DNA of 63,704 nucleotides, counting the filler. It is 5 parts of 5 records of this genome, joined end to end, with 100 filler letters (N's around TTAATTAATTAA, not from the genome) between each part and the next. Parts side by side here need not be neighbours in the genome. Positions count along the whole stretch, not along the records: positions 1 to 17,868 come from SRR22947725_3628; positions 17,969 to 28,878 come from SRR22947725_3634; 3 more parts are not named here. One strand, written 5' to 3'. Under the pieces are notes generated by a model. The model searched no databases, was not told the origin of the DNA, and worked only from the letters and a program-made list of their open reading frames with translations. Shown here in pieces: positions 11,069 through 19,297 of the stretch (position 1 is its first letter; each line of letters starts with the position of its first letter). The position numbers and the translations under genes are program-made.

Positions 11069-11833
11069 TTATTTAAGAGGTAGCTTGAGACGCTCTCTAA
11101 GGTTATCTAAACCAATGATCAAATCGTTGGATAATCCAGATTTTTCCATATGCTTTCTGAGAGTTTGATTTAATCCACCTGAAGTATTTAAAGCATCTAA
11201 AGCATCATGTAAGTCTATTTTATTATTTTCTGAAACACTAATAAGGTATTCACCTAACATTTTTAAAACATAAGTTTCTGAGTTATTTTTATCATTAGTA
11301 AAATGTGATAACCATTTACTTGAAATTTGAGCTTGGTGCAAAATAACAGAAGCCATTGCACTCACAGCAAAATGTGCATTTAATCCTGTTTCTGAATTAA
11401 CAATAAATACGTTATTTTTTTTACCAAATAAATCAGAAACTATTGAACTTGTCGGAAAACATGGTAGCGGGCAATTTCCCGTATCAATGAAGGGCAATGG
11501 TATAGTTATTTCTATTTTATTGAGTGGGTTGCACAAAATATTTAATTCTGAAAAAGAAACATCCACCATTACAGATATAATTTTTTTATCATCTGGAAAA
11601 TATAATTTTGATAACACTACTGATGCAATATCTTTAAGAAGACATAAAATAATGATATCAGATTTATTAATGATATCCTGATTATTGGAAATTTGAACGT
11701 CATTTAATAATGATAATTTATTCGAAAATTTTACTCCACGTTTTGACACATAAATTTTATGTCCCATGTCAGTAAGGCCATTTACCATAGCTGATGCTAT
11801 TTCTCCAGTACCAATAAAGCCAACTGAAGCCAT
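11069..11833 (-). CDS. Pyrroline-5-carboxylate reductase-like NAD(P)-dependent oxidoreductase (divergent ProC paralog)
   Basis: Rossmann motif GFIGTGEIA and ProC-like length. C-terminal TSGGLN replaces the canonical SPGGTT. TAATG overlap with the upstream gene. Confidence 0.8.
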   Translation of the reverse strand: MASVGFIGTGEIASAMVNGLTDMGHKIYVSKRGVKFSNKLSLLNDVQISNNQDIINKSDIIILCLLKDIASVVLSKLYFPDDKKIISVMVDVSFSELNILCNPLNKIEITIPLPFIDTGNCPLPCFPTSSIVSDLFGKKNNVFIVNSETGLNAHFAVSAMASVILHQAQISSKWLSHFTNDKNNSETYVLKMLGEYLISVSENNKIDLHDALDALNTSGGLNQTLRKHMEKSGLSNDLIIGLDNLRERLKLPLK

Positions 11834-14253
11834 TAAGTTCGCAACCTCCGTCCTTGTGGGTCAAATGGTGCTTCAGCTAGCTGGATCGCCAGATGAGGAA
11901 TGCCAAGGATAGCAATATTAAATTGATTTCCTGCACCAACATATTCAGTTTTCACAAAACATAATGCTAATGATTTATTAACCGTATAGCCATAAGCTCC
12001 AGAGCTAACTCTACCAACTGGAGTCCCATCATTAAGGAAGATCGGTTCACCGCCACTTGCATCTGCGTTTTTTGCTTTAACTTCAAGTATAACCAGTTGC
12101 TCTCGAGACTTTTTATATTGCAATTTTTTATAAGCTTTTTTCCCTAAAAAATCTGGTTTATCCATTTTTATTAAACTTTCTAAACCCACTTCTTGAGGCC
12201 AGTATTCTGGACTATATTCACGACCCCATGAACCATATCCTTTTTCTATCCGCAAACTAGTTAATGCGCGACTTCCAACAGGTTTTACTTTGAGATCTGA
12301 ACCCATCTCAAATAGTGCTTCATATAATTTAATCTGGTTTTTTTCTTTAACATAGACTTCCCATCCAAGATCCCCAGTAAATGAAATGCGAATTGCTATG
12401 GCCTCTTCACCAACTATTGAAATTTTTTTTGATTGCATGAACTTCCAATTATCTGTGCGGAAATCAGTTTGGCTTAATCTAGCTAAAAGTTCACGAGATT
12501 TGGGTCCAGCGATGTTAAAGCCACAGTATTCAGATGTTTTACTGATAAATGAAACTTCTCTAGGCAATGTAATAGAATTAAAATATCTTTGATGATATCT
12601 TTCAGCCATACCTGATCCAACCATCCAATAATGATCATCAGCTAATTGAGTTATAGTAAAGTCTCCGGCTATTCCTCCTCTTGTTCCTAACAATGGCGTT
12701 AAACAAGAAAAGCCAATTTTATTTGGCACTTTATTTGCAACAATTTTGTCAAGCCAATCGCGAGAGCCAGGACCTTTTATTTCATATTTTGCAAAATTTG
12801 ATATATCAATTATTCCAACACCAGATCGTAAAGCACGACATTCATTACCAACATATTCAAACCAATTTTGGCGATCAAAACCATAAGTATCTTTGCCTTT
12901 TTGTCCCTCGCCGGCAAACCACAAAGGATGTTCCCATCCAAAATTTAAACCAAATACAGCCCCTAAAGATTTTTGTTTTTGGTAAATAGGCCGCATTTTT
13001 ACTGGGCGGCCTGCCTCTCGTTCTTCATTAGGAAAATGGATTTTAAATCGATTAGAATATTGATCCTGAACTCTGGCTTTAGTAAATTTTTTGTTAGCCC
13101 ACGAACCAAATCTAGCAACATCCCATGGAAACATGTCAAACTCTGGCTCTCCATCTATTATCCATTGAGCAGTCATTAATCCCAAACCACCTGACTGGCT
13201 AAAGCCAGGAATTATCCCATTACAACAGAAATATCCTGTTAACTCTGGAACTGGCCCATAGAGTGCAGAACTATCTGGTGACCATATCATAGGGCCATTT
13301 ATTATACGTTTTATACCAACGCCTGCAGCGGCAGGTACTCTATCCATTGCACGCATAATATTTTCCATAATTCGGTCTAAATCATCTGCAAATAACTCAT
13401 GCCCAAATCCACTGGGTGTTTCGTCTTCAGCCCAGAACTTCACATCTTTTTCATAAGCTCCTATGAGCAATCCATTACCTTCTTGCCGCATATAATACTC
13501 TCCATCACGGTCAGCTACAGAAGATAATCTAAATTTTAACTTTTCAATTTCAGGGATTGTATCTGTAACAAGATATTGATGTTCAGTCGGTTGTAGAGGT
13601 AATTTAACACCAGCCATTGCAGCCACTTCCCTACCCCATAAACCAGCAACGTTCACAACCCATTGTGTATTTATAGTTCCATTTGGTGTTATCACATCCC
13701 AAGTTTTATTTTCATTTTGATTTGTGGCTATAACTGGAGTAAATCTATGTATATCAGCTCCCATTTTTCGTGCGCCTGAAGCATAAGCTTGAGTAACACC
13801 AGATGGGTCAACATTGCCACCATCAGGTTCAAACATTACACATCTTACACCTTCATAATTAACCAATGGATTTTTTAGTTTTGCTTCTTCAATAGACAAT
13901 TCATAAAAATCTGTTTTAAAATATTTAGCTTTGGCTGCTTGGATGCGCAGTTGATGTTCTCTTTGTTCAGTTTGCGCCAAATATAGAGATCCTGGTTGAA
14001 AGACACCACAACCTTGGCCTGTTTCTATTTCTAAATCCTTATATAATTGCATAGTATAGTACTGCAATTTTGATATGTTATTATTATCATGAAGACCATG
14101 TAGATTAGCTGCAGCATGCCATGTTGACCCTGAAGTTAATTCATCGCGCTCTAATAAAACAACGTCTTTCCAACCTAATTTTGCTAAATGATAGAGTATT
14201 GAACACCCAATCAAACCGCCACCAATTACAACTGCTTGAGCATGGGTTTTCAT
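11833..14253 (-). CDS. FAD-dependent dimethylglycine/sarcosine dehydrogenase-like protein with GcvT (THF-binding) domains
   Basis: 806 aa, GGGLIG FAD motif, GSTWHAA flavinylation His, EHQY, RISFTGDLGWE, SLRIEKGY. Confidence 0.93.
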   Translation of the reverse strand: MKTHAQAVVIGGGLIGCSILYHLAKLGWKDVVLLERDELTSGSTWHAAANLHGLHDNNNISKLQYYTMQLYKDLEIETGQGCGVFQPGSLYLAQTEQREHQLRIQAAKAKYFKTDFYELSIEEAKLKNPLVNYEGVRCVMFEPDGGNVDPSGVTQAYASGARKMGADIHRFTPVIATNQNENKTWDVITPNGTINTQWVVNVAGLWGREVAAMAGVKLPLQPTEHQYLVTDTIPEIEKLKFRLSSVADRDGEYYMRQEGNGLLIGAYEKDVKFWAEDETPSGFGHELFADDLDRIMENIMRAMDRVPAAAGVGIKRIINGPMIWSPDSSALYGPVPELTGYFCCNGIIPGFSQSGGLGLMTAQWIIDGEPEFDMFPWDVARFGSWANKKFTKARVQDQYSNRFKIHFPNEEREAGRPVKMRPIYQKQKSLGAVFGLNFGWEHPLWFAGEGQKGKDTYGFDRQNWFEYVGNECRALRSGVGIIDISNFAKYEIKGPGSRDWLDKIVANKVPNKIGFSCLTPLLGTRGGIAGDFTITQLADDHYWMVGSGMAERYHQRYFNSITLPREVSFISKTSEYCGFNIAGPKSRELLARLSQTDFRTDNWKFMQSKKISIVGEEAIAIRISFTGDLGWEVYVKEKNQIKLYEALFEMGSDLKVKPVGSRALTSLRIEKGYGSWGREYSPEYWPQEVGLESLIKMDKPDFLGKKAYKKLQYKKSREQLVILEVKAKNADASGGEPIFLNDGTPVGRVSSGAYGYTVNKSLALCFVKTEYVGAGNQFNIAILGIPHLAIQLAEAPFDPQGRRLRT

Positions 14254-14483
14254 TATTCTTCTCTTCCATAGGATATAAGTATTTCACGTATTTTTTGCGA
14301 ACGATGATCCCCATCTTCAAGTGCATAAACATATGCTTGAGTAATTAAAAAGCATCCTGATTTAATTTTTGATTTATTCAATTCTTCAATGCCTAGCATT
14401 AAATATATATCTACTAAAATATTTAATGTTTTATTTTTATGAGCATCTAAAACTTTAGAATTTAAACGATCAATTCTACTCAC
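14253..14483 (-). CDS. Small helical hypothetical protein; probable GTG start at 14483 (ORF track starts at 14507)
   Basis: Coupled on both sides (GTGAGTAG with the Rieske stop, TAATG with the flavoprotein start). Contains CFLITQAYVYALE...GRE. Confidence 0.75.
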   Translation of the reverse strand: MSRIDRLNSKVLDAHKNKTLNILVDIYLMLGIEELNKSKIKSGCFLITQAYVYALEDGDHRSQKIREILISYGREE

Positions 14484-15633
14484 GGTTTGCTTGCCCTTTT
14501 CGACCAATATTAATCTGAGTTGCTATCCATTCATGGAACAAATGTGTGGGGCCATCCATTATTGGAGAAAATTTGCCACCATCAAAAAATTTACCATTTC
14601 TACCTGTCTGCATACCTTCAACAACAAATATATCTTCTTTAAAAACATCTTTCCAAAAATTTTTGTTCTTTATACGTAAGTCCTTAAATTCAGAATTGCT
14701 TGCCTCAGAAGCAGCGTAATAAATTGCAACATGCTCTCGAGTTTTATTGATACTTTCAGGTTCTAAAATTATTGCATATGTATGATCTCGATGAACGCCT
14801 AATAATACATTAGGGTAAAGTGAAATATATTCTGATGCAGTATCCCATTTTTTATCCAGCCCGCTAAAATCCGGAAAAACCTCATCATTTTCTCCTTTTA
14901 ATTGAGAATATACATAAGAACCCTGACCTGAATATTTTAATGGTTTTTCTAAATGATAATGATCCTCAAGCCTTGAAACTAAATTCAACCCAGGGTGAAC
15001 CCAAGGCAGATGATAACTCTCACAATAGTTTTCCACTGCTAGTTTCCAGTTACTATTTACAGATAACTCAAACGAACTATCAATATTATGGTAAAGTGGT
15101 TTATCAAATTCTTGCCATCGATTTATTATATCTGTGTGCACTTCCTCAAATGGAGCTGCTTCATTCGAAATGTTAACAAAAATTACATCCATAAAAACAT
15201 AACTTCTTATCTCAATGAGGCCCAATTCATTTCTTTTTATATCTGGATGTGTATTTAGCCCTGGCCCTCCCACATGAGGTGTTGAGCGTAATTGACCATC
15301 CAATCCATAACACCAAGAATGATATGGGCACCGAATTGTCCCTCGTATGTTCTTTTTTTCTGAAATTAAAATCATACCACGATGACGGCATGTATTTTGA
15401 TATACTCGAACCGTTTGATCATTATCACGAGCAACTAATAATGGCATGCCGAGGAAATTAATGGGATTTACATCCCCTATATTCATAACATCTTTCGCAA
15501 AGCCTATTGCTGACCAGTTTGCAAATAAAACACTTTCTTTTTCTTCTTGATGAACCATGTCATCAATGTAATGTTCATTAGGCAAGCCTTTAGCAATATT
15601 TATTGGTTTTATTACAAGTGATAAATCTGACAT
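14476..15633 (-). CDS. Rieske non-heme iron oxygenase alpha subunit (choline/betaine monooxygenase-like)
   Basis: Rieske motif CRHRG...CPYH and mononuclear Fe motif NYCESYHLPWVH...ED. Start placed at ATG 15633 because AGGAG lies at 15641-15645. Confidence 0.93.
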   Translation of the reverse strand: MSDLSLVIKPINIAKGLPNEHYIDDMVHQEEKESVLFANWSAIGFAKDVMNIGDVNPINFLGMPLLVARDNDQTVRVYQNTCRHRGMILISEKKNIRGTIRCPYHSWCYGLDGQLRSTPHVGGPGLNTHPDIKRNELGLIEIRSYVFMDVIFVNISNEAAPFEEVHTDIINRWQEFDKPLYHNIDSSFELSVNSNWKLAVENYCESYHLPWVHPGLNLVSRLEDHYHLEKPLKYSGQGSYVYSQLKGENDEVFPDFSGLDKKWDTASEYISLYPNVLLGVHRDHTYAIILEPESINKTREHVAIYYAASEASNSEFKDLRIKNKNFWKDVFKEDIFVVEGMQTGRNGKFFDGGKFSPIMDGPTHLFHEWIATQINIGRKGQANRE

Positions 15634-15702
15634 TTTAAAACTCCTAACTTTATAAATTATTTCCATAATTTATAAAACTAAACAACCGAGTTTTATTTAC
15701 AC

Positions 15703-15725
15703 ATAGATGAAATAATTTCATCTAT
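15703..15725. promoter_or_regulatory. Putative LysR operator: perfect palindrome ATAGATGAAAT-A-ATTTCATCTAT
   Basis: 11-bp perfect inverted repeat containing T-N11-A (TGAAATAATTTCA), about 80 nt upstream of the Rieske ATG and overlapping the LysR stop codon. Confidence 0.7.
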
Positions 15726-16603
15726 TTCTGCAATACCAGCCAGTCACTAAAAATCTTTGAATATTTTTTTGGATTACCATTTGAACGTATTAAATAAAAT
15801 TTTCCAGGTGCTTTTATTTCATAGTTTGTTAATGGTACTAAACTCCCATTTTCAATCAATGGAGCAACTAATTTTTTCCACCCTAAGACAACACCCATAC
15901 CATCTTGTGCTAACTGTAAGGCTATAGAATAATTATTTACACGATGACGGACGGATACCTCACCTACAAACCCTAATGTAACAAACCAGTTTGTCCAACT
16001 TGTCCAATTAGTTTCTTTAGCATCGAGATGTATCAAATGAGATTTAGAAAGCTTCTGAAGACTTGTTATATTTTTTTCTTCAAATTTTGGACTACATAAA
16101 GGTAATAATGTGTCTTCAAATAAAACATCATGAGGCTCTTTCGGAGCGAATGATGAATATTCAATAATCATATCCAAACTTAATGGCCTTTTAAATGGAC
16201 GATCTCTAACTTCTTGGTTTATTTGAACATGGCCATATTCACGCCAAAATTGTGCTATTTTTTGTGATAACCACATAGATAATACAGCAGTAGTTGAACC
16301 TATTGATATTTGTTGCGTTTCGCTTAGGTCACGTATCTTTTTTATGATTTGGCTCAATTCATTTAAAGAATTTGATACAACTTTATATAATTCTATACCA
16401 TCTGGGGTTAATTGAACTGTTCTAGACTGCCGGTAAAATAATTGTATACCCAATTCATTTTCTAAACTACGTATTTGGTGGCTTATTGCTCCAGGAGTAA
16501 CACATAATTCATCTGCAGCGTCTTTAAAAGATCTATGCCTTGCAGCAACCTCAAATGTACCAAACATTTTTAAAGACGGTAATCCATAATTTTGTTTTAC
16601 CAT
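15722..16603 (-). CDS. LysR family regulator, GcvA-like subgroup
   Basis: N-terminal HTH LPSLKMFGTFEVAARHRSFKDAADELCVTPGAISHQIRSLE and a LysR substrate-binding domain. Confidence 0.96.
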   Translation of the reverse strand: MVKQNYGLPSLKMFGTFEVAARHRSFKDAADELCVTPGAISHQIRSLENELGIQLFYRQSRTVQLTPDGIELYKVVSNSLNELSQIIKKIRDLSETQQISIGSTTAVLSMWLSQKIAQFWREYGHVQINQEVRDRPFKRPLSLDMIIEYSSFAPKEPHDVLFEDTLLPLCSPKFEEKNITSLQKLSKSHLIHLDAKETNWTSWTNWFVTLGFVGEVSVRHRVNNYSIALQLAQDGMGVVLGWKKLVAPLIENGSLVPLTNYEIKAPGKFYLIRSNGNPKKYSKIFSDWLVLQK

Positions 16604-16614
16604 TATTATTTCCT

Positions 16615-16635
16615 GAAGTGAGTTAATCTCGTCTA
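16615..16635. promoter_or_regulatory. Second, degenerate copy of the putative LysR operator upstream of the LysR gene
   Basis: GAAGTGAGTTAATCTCGTCTA matches TAGATGAAATAATTTCATCTA (15704-15724) at 14 of 21 positions. Confidence 0.5.
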
Positions 16636-16773
16636 AATATGCTTAAAAAAATTACTTTAGGCAAACTATTCTTTCTAATAAAATTATAAGAACATTTAAT
16701 TAAATGATTATTTAAATTATAATTTATGCAAAACATGCTTGGGGCAAATCAATTGCCATGATAAAGAAATCTA

Positions 16774-17187
16774 ATGAAATCATTATTCCATATTGCATAC
16801 CATGTCACCAATCTGAACAAAGCACGCGAATTTTATGGTGATTTATTGGGATGTATTGAAGGTCGTTCAACAGACACTTGGGTGGACTTTGATTTCTTTG
16901 GCCATCAAATTTCATTGCATATCGGAAAACCCTTTGAAACGTCTAACACTGGTAAAGTTGGTGATCACATGGTTCCAATGCCACACATCGGTATTATTCT
17001 TTCATTGGAGAACTGGCTTGTTATTGCTCAGCGTTTAGGAGATGCGAACATAAAATTTGAAATTCCACCAGTTATACGCTTCAAAGACGAGCCTGGGGAA
17101 CAACGCACAATGTTCTTTCGTGACCCATCCGGAAACCCTATTGAAATTAAAGGCTTTAAAAATTTCAAAACAATCTTTGAGGTATAA
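16774..17187 (+). CDS. VOC/glyoxalase family protein (COG3565-like)
   Basis: FHIAYHV, WVDFDFFGHQ, PHIG and FFRDPSGNPIE metal-ligand motifs. Confidence 0.9.
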   Translation: MKSLFHIAYHVTNLNKAREFYGDLLGCIEGRSTDTWVDFDFFGHQISLHIGKPFETSNTGKVGDHMVPMPHIGIILSLENWLVIAQRLGDANIKFEIPPVIRFKDEPGEQRTMFFRDPSGNPIEIKGFKNFKTIFEV

Positions 17188-17188
17188 A

Positions 17189-17527
17189 TTGATTATTTAC
17201 AAAATTTTACGAGCTGAAGAATGGGCCGTCTTGAGAGATAATGGCAAATCACAAGGTGCACCAATTGATATAAAAGATGGATACATTCACTTTTCAACTG
17301 CTAATACAGTTTCAGAAACTGCAAATAAGTACTTTAAAAATGAAGATGACCTCATTTTATTGGCATTTAACGATACAGATTTAGGAAAAAATCTTAAATA
17401 TGAAAAATCTCGTGGAGGTTTATTATTCCCTCATTTGTATGATGAATTGAACTTGGAAGATGCGTTATGGATAAAACCTTTAATAAAAGAAGGTAAATCA
17501 CACGTATTTCCGGAAGATCTTAAATGA
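17189..17527 (+). CDS. DUF952 family protein; probable TTG start at 17189
   Basis: IYKI, DGYIHFST and LFPHLY motifs. GAGGT SD at 17179-17183. Directly upstream of pyrD as usual in Alphaproteobacteria. Confidence 0.9.
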   Translation: MIIYKILRAEEWAVLRDNGKSQGAPIDIKDGYIHFSTANTVSETANKYFKNEDDLILLAFNDTDLGKNLKYEKSRGGLLFPHLYDELNLEDALWIKPLIKEGKSHVFPEDLK

Positions 17528-17868
17528 AAATTATAGAAAAAATTGGTCTAAAAGTATTATATAAAACGGATCCTGAACGTGCACATCATCTAGCAATTAA
17601 GGCATTAAAATTTGGTTTAACCCCAAAACCTGGTCTCTATACAAGTGAACGATTAAAGCAAAATATAGCTGGGCTTAATCTGCTTAATCCAATTGGATTA
17701 GCTGCAGGATTCGATAAGAATGCAGAAGCCATTGAACCTTTGTTAAAATCTGGTTTTGGATTTATTGAAGTTGGTGCTGCCACCCCATATCCACAAAAAG
17801 GAAACAAAAAACCACGTTTATTTCGCCTAAATGAAGATCAAGGGTCAATTAATAGATTTGGATTTAAT
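17524..17868 (+). CDS. pyrD: Quinone-dependent dihydroorotate dehydrogenase (class 2), 3'-truncated
   Basis: DPERAH, NPIGLAAGFDKN, GNKKPRLFRL, INRFGFN. Confidence 0.96.
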
Positions 17869-17968
17869 NNNNNNNNNNNNNNNNNNNNNNNNNNNNNNNN
17901 NNNNNNNNNNNNTTAATTAATTAANNNNNNNNNNNNNNNNNNNNNNNNNNNNNNNNNNNNNNNNNNNN
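17869..17968. other. Artificial contig spacer (44 N + TTAATTAATTAA + 44 N)
   Basis: Six-frame stop linker, identical at four positions; genes are truncated on both sides. Confidence 0.99.
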
Positions 17969-18130
17969 AAATACTATATTTTCTTTAATTTCAGGATAGT
18001 CTTCCCTAGGCATATTTAAATAAGAACTAATTCCTAAGAATAATATTAATGCCATTAAGACATAAATAGTTACACTATTGTTAATAGCCCACGATGAAGG
18101 TTTAAACTCTTTTTCCAGATTGCTTTTCAA
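17969..18130 (-). CDS. RND efflux permease (AcrB family), N-terminal fragment
   Basis: FKPSSWAINN, a TM helix and MPREDYPEI; follows the MFP gene; cut by the contig end. Confidence 0.88.
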
Positions 18131-18140
18131 TTTATATTAT

Positions 18141-19295
18141 TTAGTTATTAATGATTTTAACTTCGCTGTTATTGGTTATTTTCCTAGCTCCCTCACTTAC
18201 TATTTCATCATTTTCAGTTAGACCTTTAAGCACTTCAATAAAATTTCCATTATTTTTTCCAGTTTCAATTATGGTTTTTAAGGCATAATATTTACCATCT
18301 TTATTTATTATTTTATAGACATATTCATCATTGTTACTATCAATATTAATATGATTTAACATGATTAAAATAGCATCTTTGCTTGTGTAGTCGTTAACCT
18401 TTAATTTAACATTAAGATTTGGTTTAATTTTATAATTATTAATCGGGATTTCAGCTTCAATTCTATATGTTCTGTTCAATGGGTTTATATAGTTAGCGAC
18501 TAATCTAATTTTAGATTTTAGAGCTATATTTAACATTGGAGCTTCAATTACAACATCTTTTCCTTTAGTAATTGAATTAATATAATTTTCGGGGACTTTT
18601 GATTCAACATACATTTCCTGCATATTTACCAATAGCATTAAGTTTGAGCGTCCAGGATAAACAACCTCACCCTTTTTAACTATTACATTATCAATAATTC
18701 CGGCAAAAGGAGCCTTAATTATTGTTTTGTTTAATTGTTTAGTAAGTTGTTCAATTGCCTTACTTTGAGCCTCAAACATTGATTTGGATTCTAAATATTG
18801 AATCTCACTTCCAATTTTTTGACCCCACAACCTTTCTTGTCTTTCATAAGTTGTTTTTGCTAGATTATATGTGATTTGAAGTTGAGAAAGCTGCTGTTTT
18901 AAACCTCCATCATCAATTGTAGCTAAAATTTGCCCCTTGCCAACACTTTCTCCACTTTCCACAAATAGTTCATTAATAATCCCCGAAAACTCAGGATATA
19001 TCGATATAATTTTTTCTGATTTCACATCTCCTTGAAGTTCTACGTAGTGATTAAAGTCTTGTTTTATTATTCTAAATGTAGACACAATAGGGTTTTTCGA
19101 ATTGTTTTCTAATTCATTTAACTTTAAATCAATTAAATTTAATTTTTTATAAATTTCTTGCTGCTTATTATTGATTTCTTCTCGCTTCAATTTGATCAAC
19201 TCAATATTATTAGACGCAATTACTTCACTCACAGATTTGTTTTCACTTTGACAAGAAAAGATTAAAGAACTGACGATTATAAATATTTTTTTCAT
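18141..19295 (-). CDS. RND efflux periplasmic adaptor (MFP) lipoprotein
   Basis: Lipobox IFSC, lipoyl-like halves (VESGESVGKGQIL, IKAPFAGII) and a coiled coil. Confidence 0.94.
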   Translation of the reverse strand: MKKIFIIVSSLIFSCQSENKSVSEVIASNNIELIKLKREEINNKQQEIYKKLNLIDLKLNELENNSKNPIVSTFRIIKQDFNHYVELQGDVKSEKIISIYPEFSGIINELFVESGESVGKGQILATIDDGGLKQQLSQLQITYNLAKTTYERQERLWGQKIGSEIQYLESKSMFEAQSKAIEQLTKQLNKTIIKAPFAGIIDNVIVKKGEVVYPGRSNLMLLVNMQEMYVESKVPENYINSITKGKDVVIEAPMLNIALKSKIRLVANYINPLNRTYRIEAEIPINNYKIKPNLNVKLKVNDYTSKDAILIMLNHINIDSNNDEYVYKIINKDGKYYALKTIIETGKNNGNFIEVLKGLTENDEIVSEGARKITNNSEVKIINN

Positions 19296-19297
19296 AA

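Noticed and set aside
17057-17527. 131-nt overlap of the VOC and DUF952 ORFs as a programmed frameshift fusion
   Set aside because: DUF952 similarity begins at a TTG (17189) with its own GAGGT SD just after the VOC stop; the upstream extension is an incidental open frame.
17913-17924. TTAATTAATTAA repeated four times in the window, as a biological repeat or att site
   Set aside because: It is always centred in exactly 44+44 Ns; it is a six-frame stop linker added when contigs were joined.
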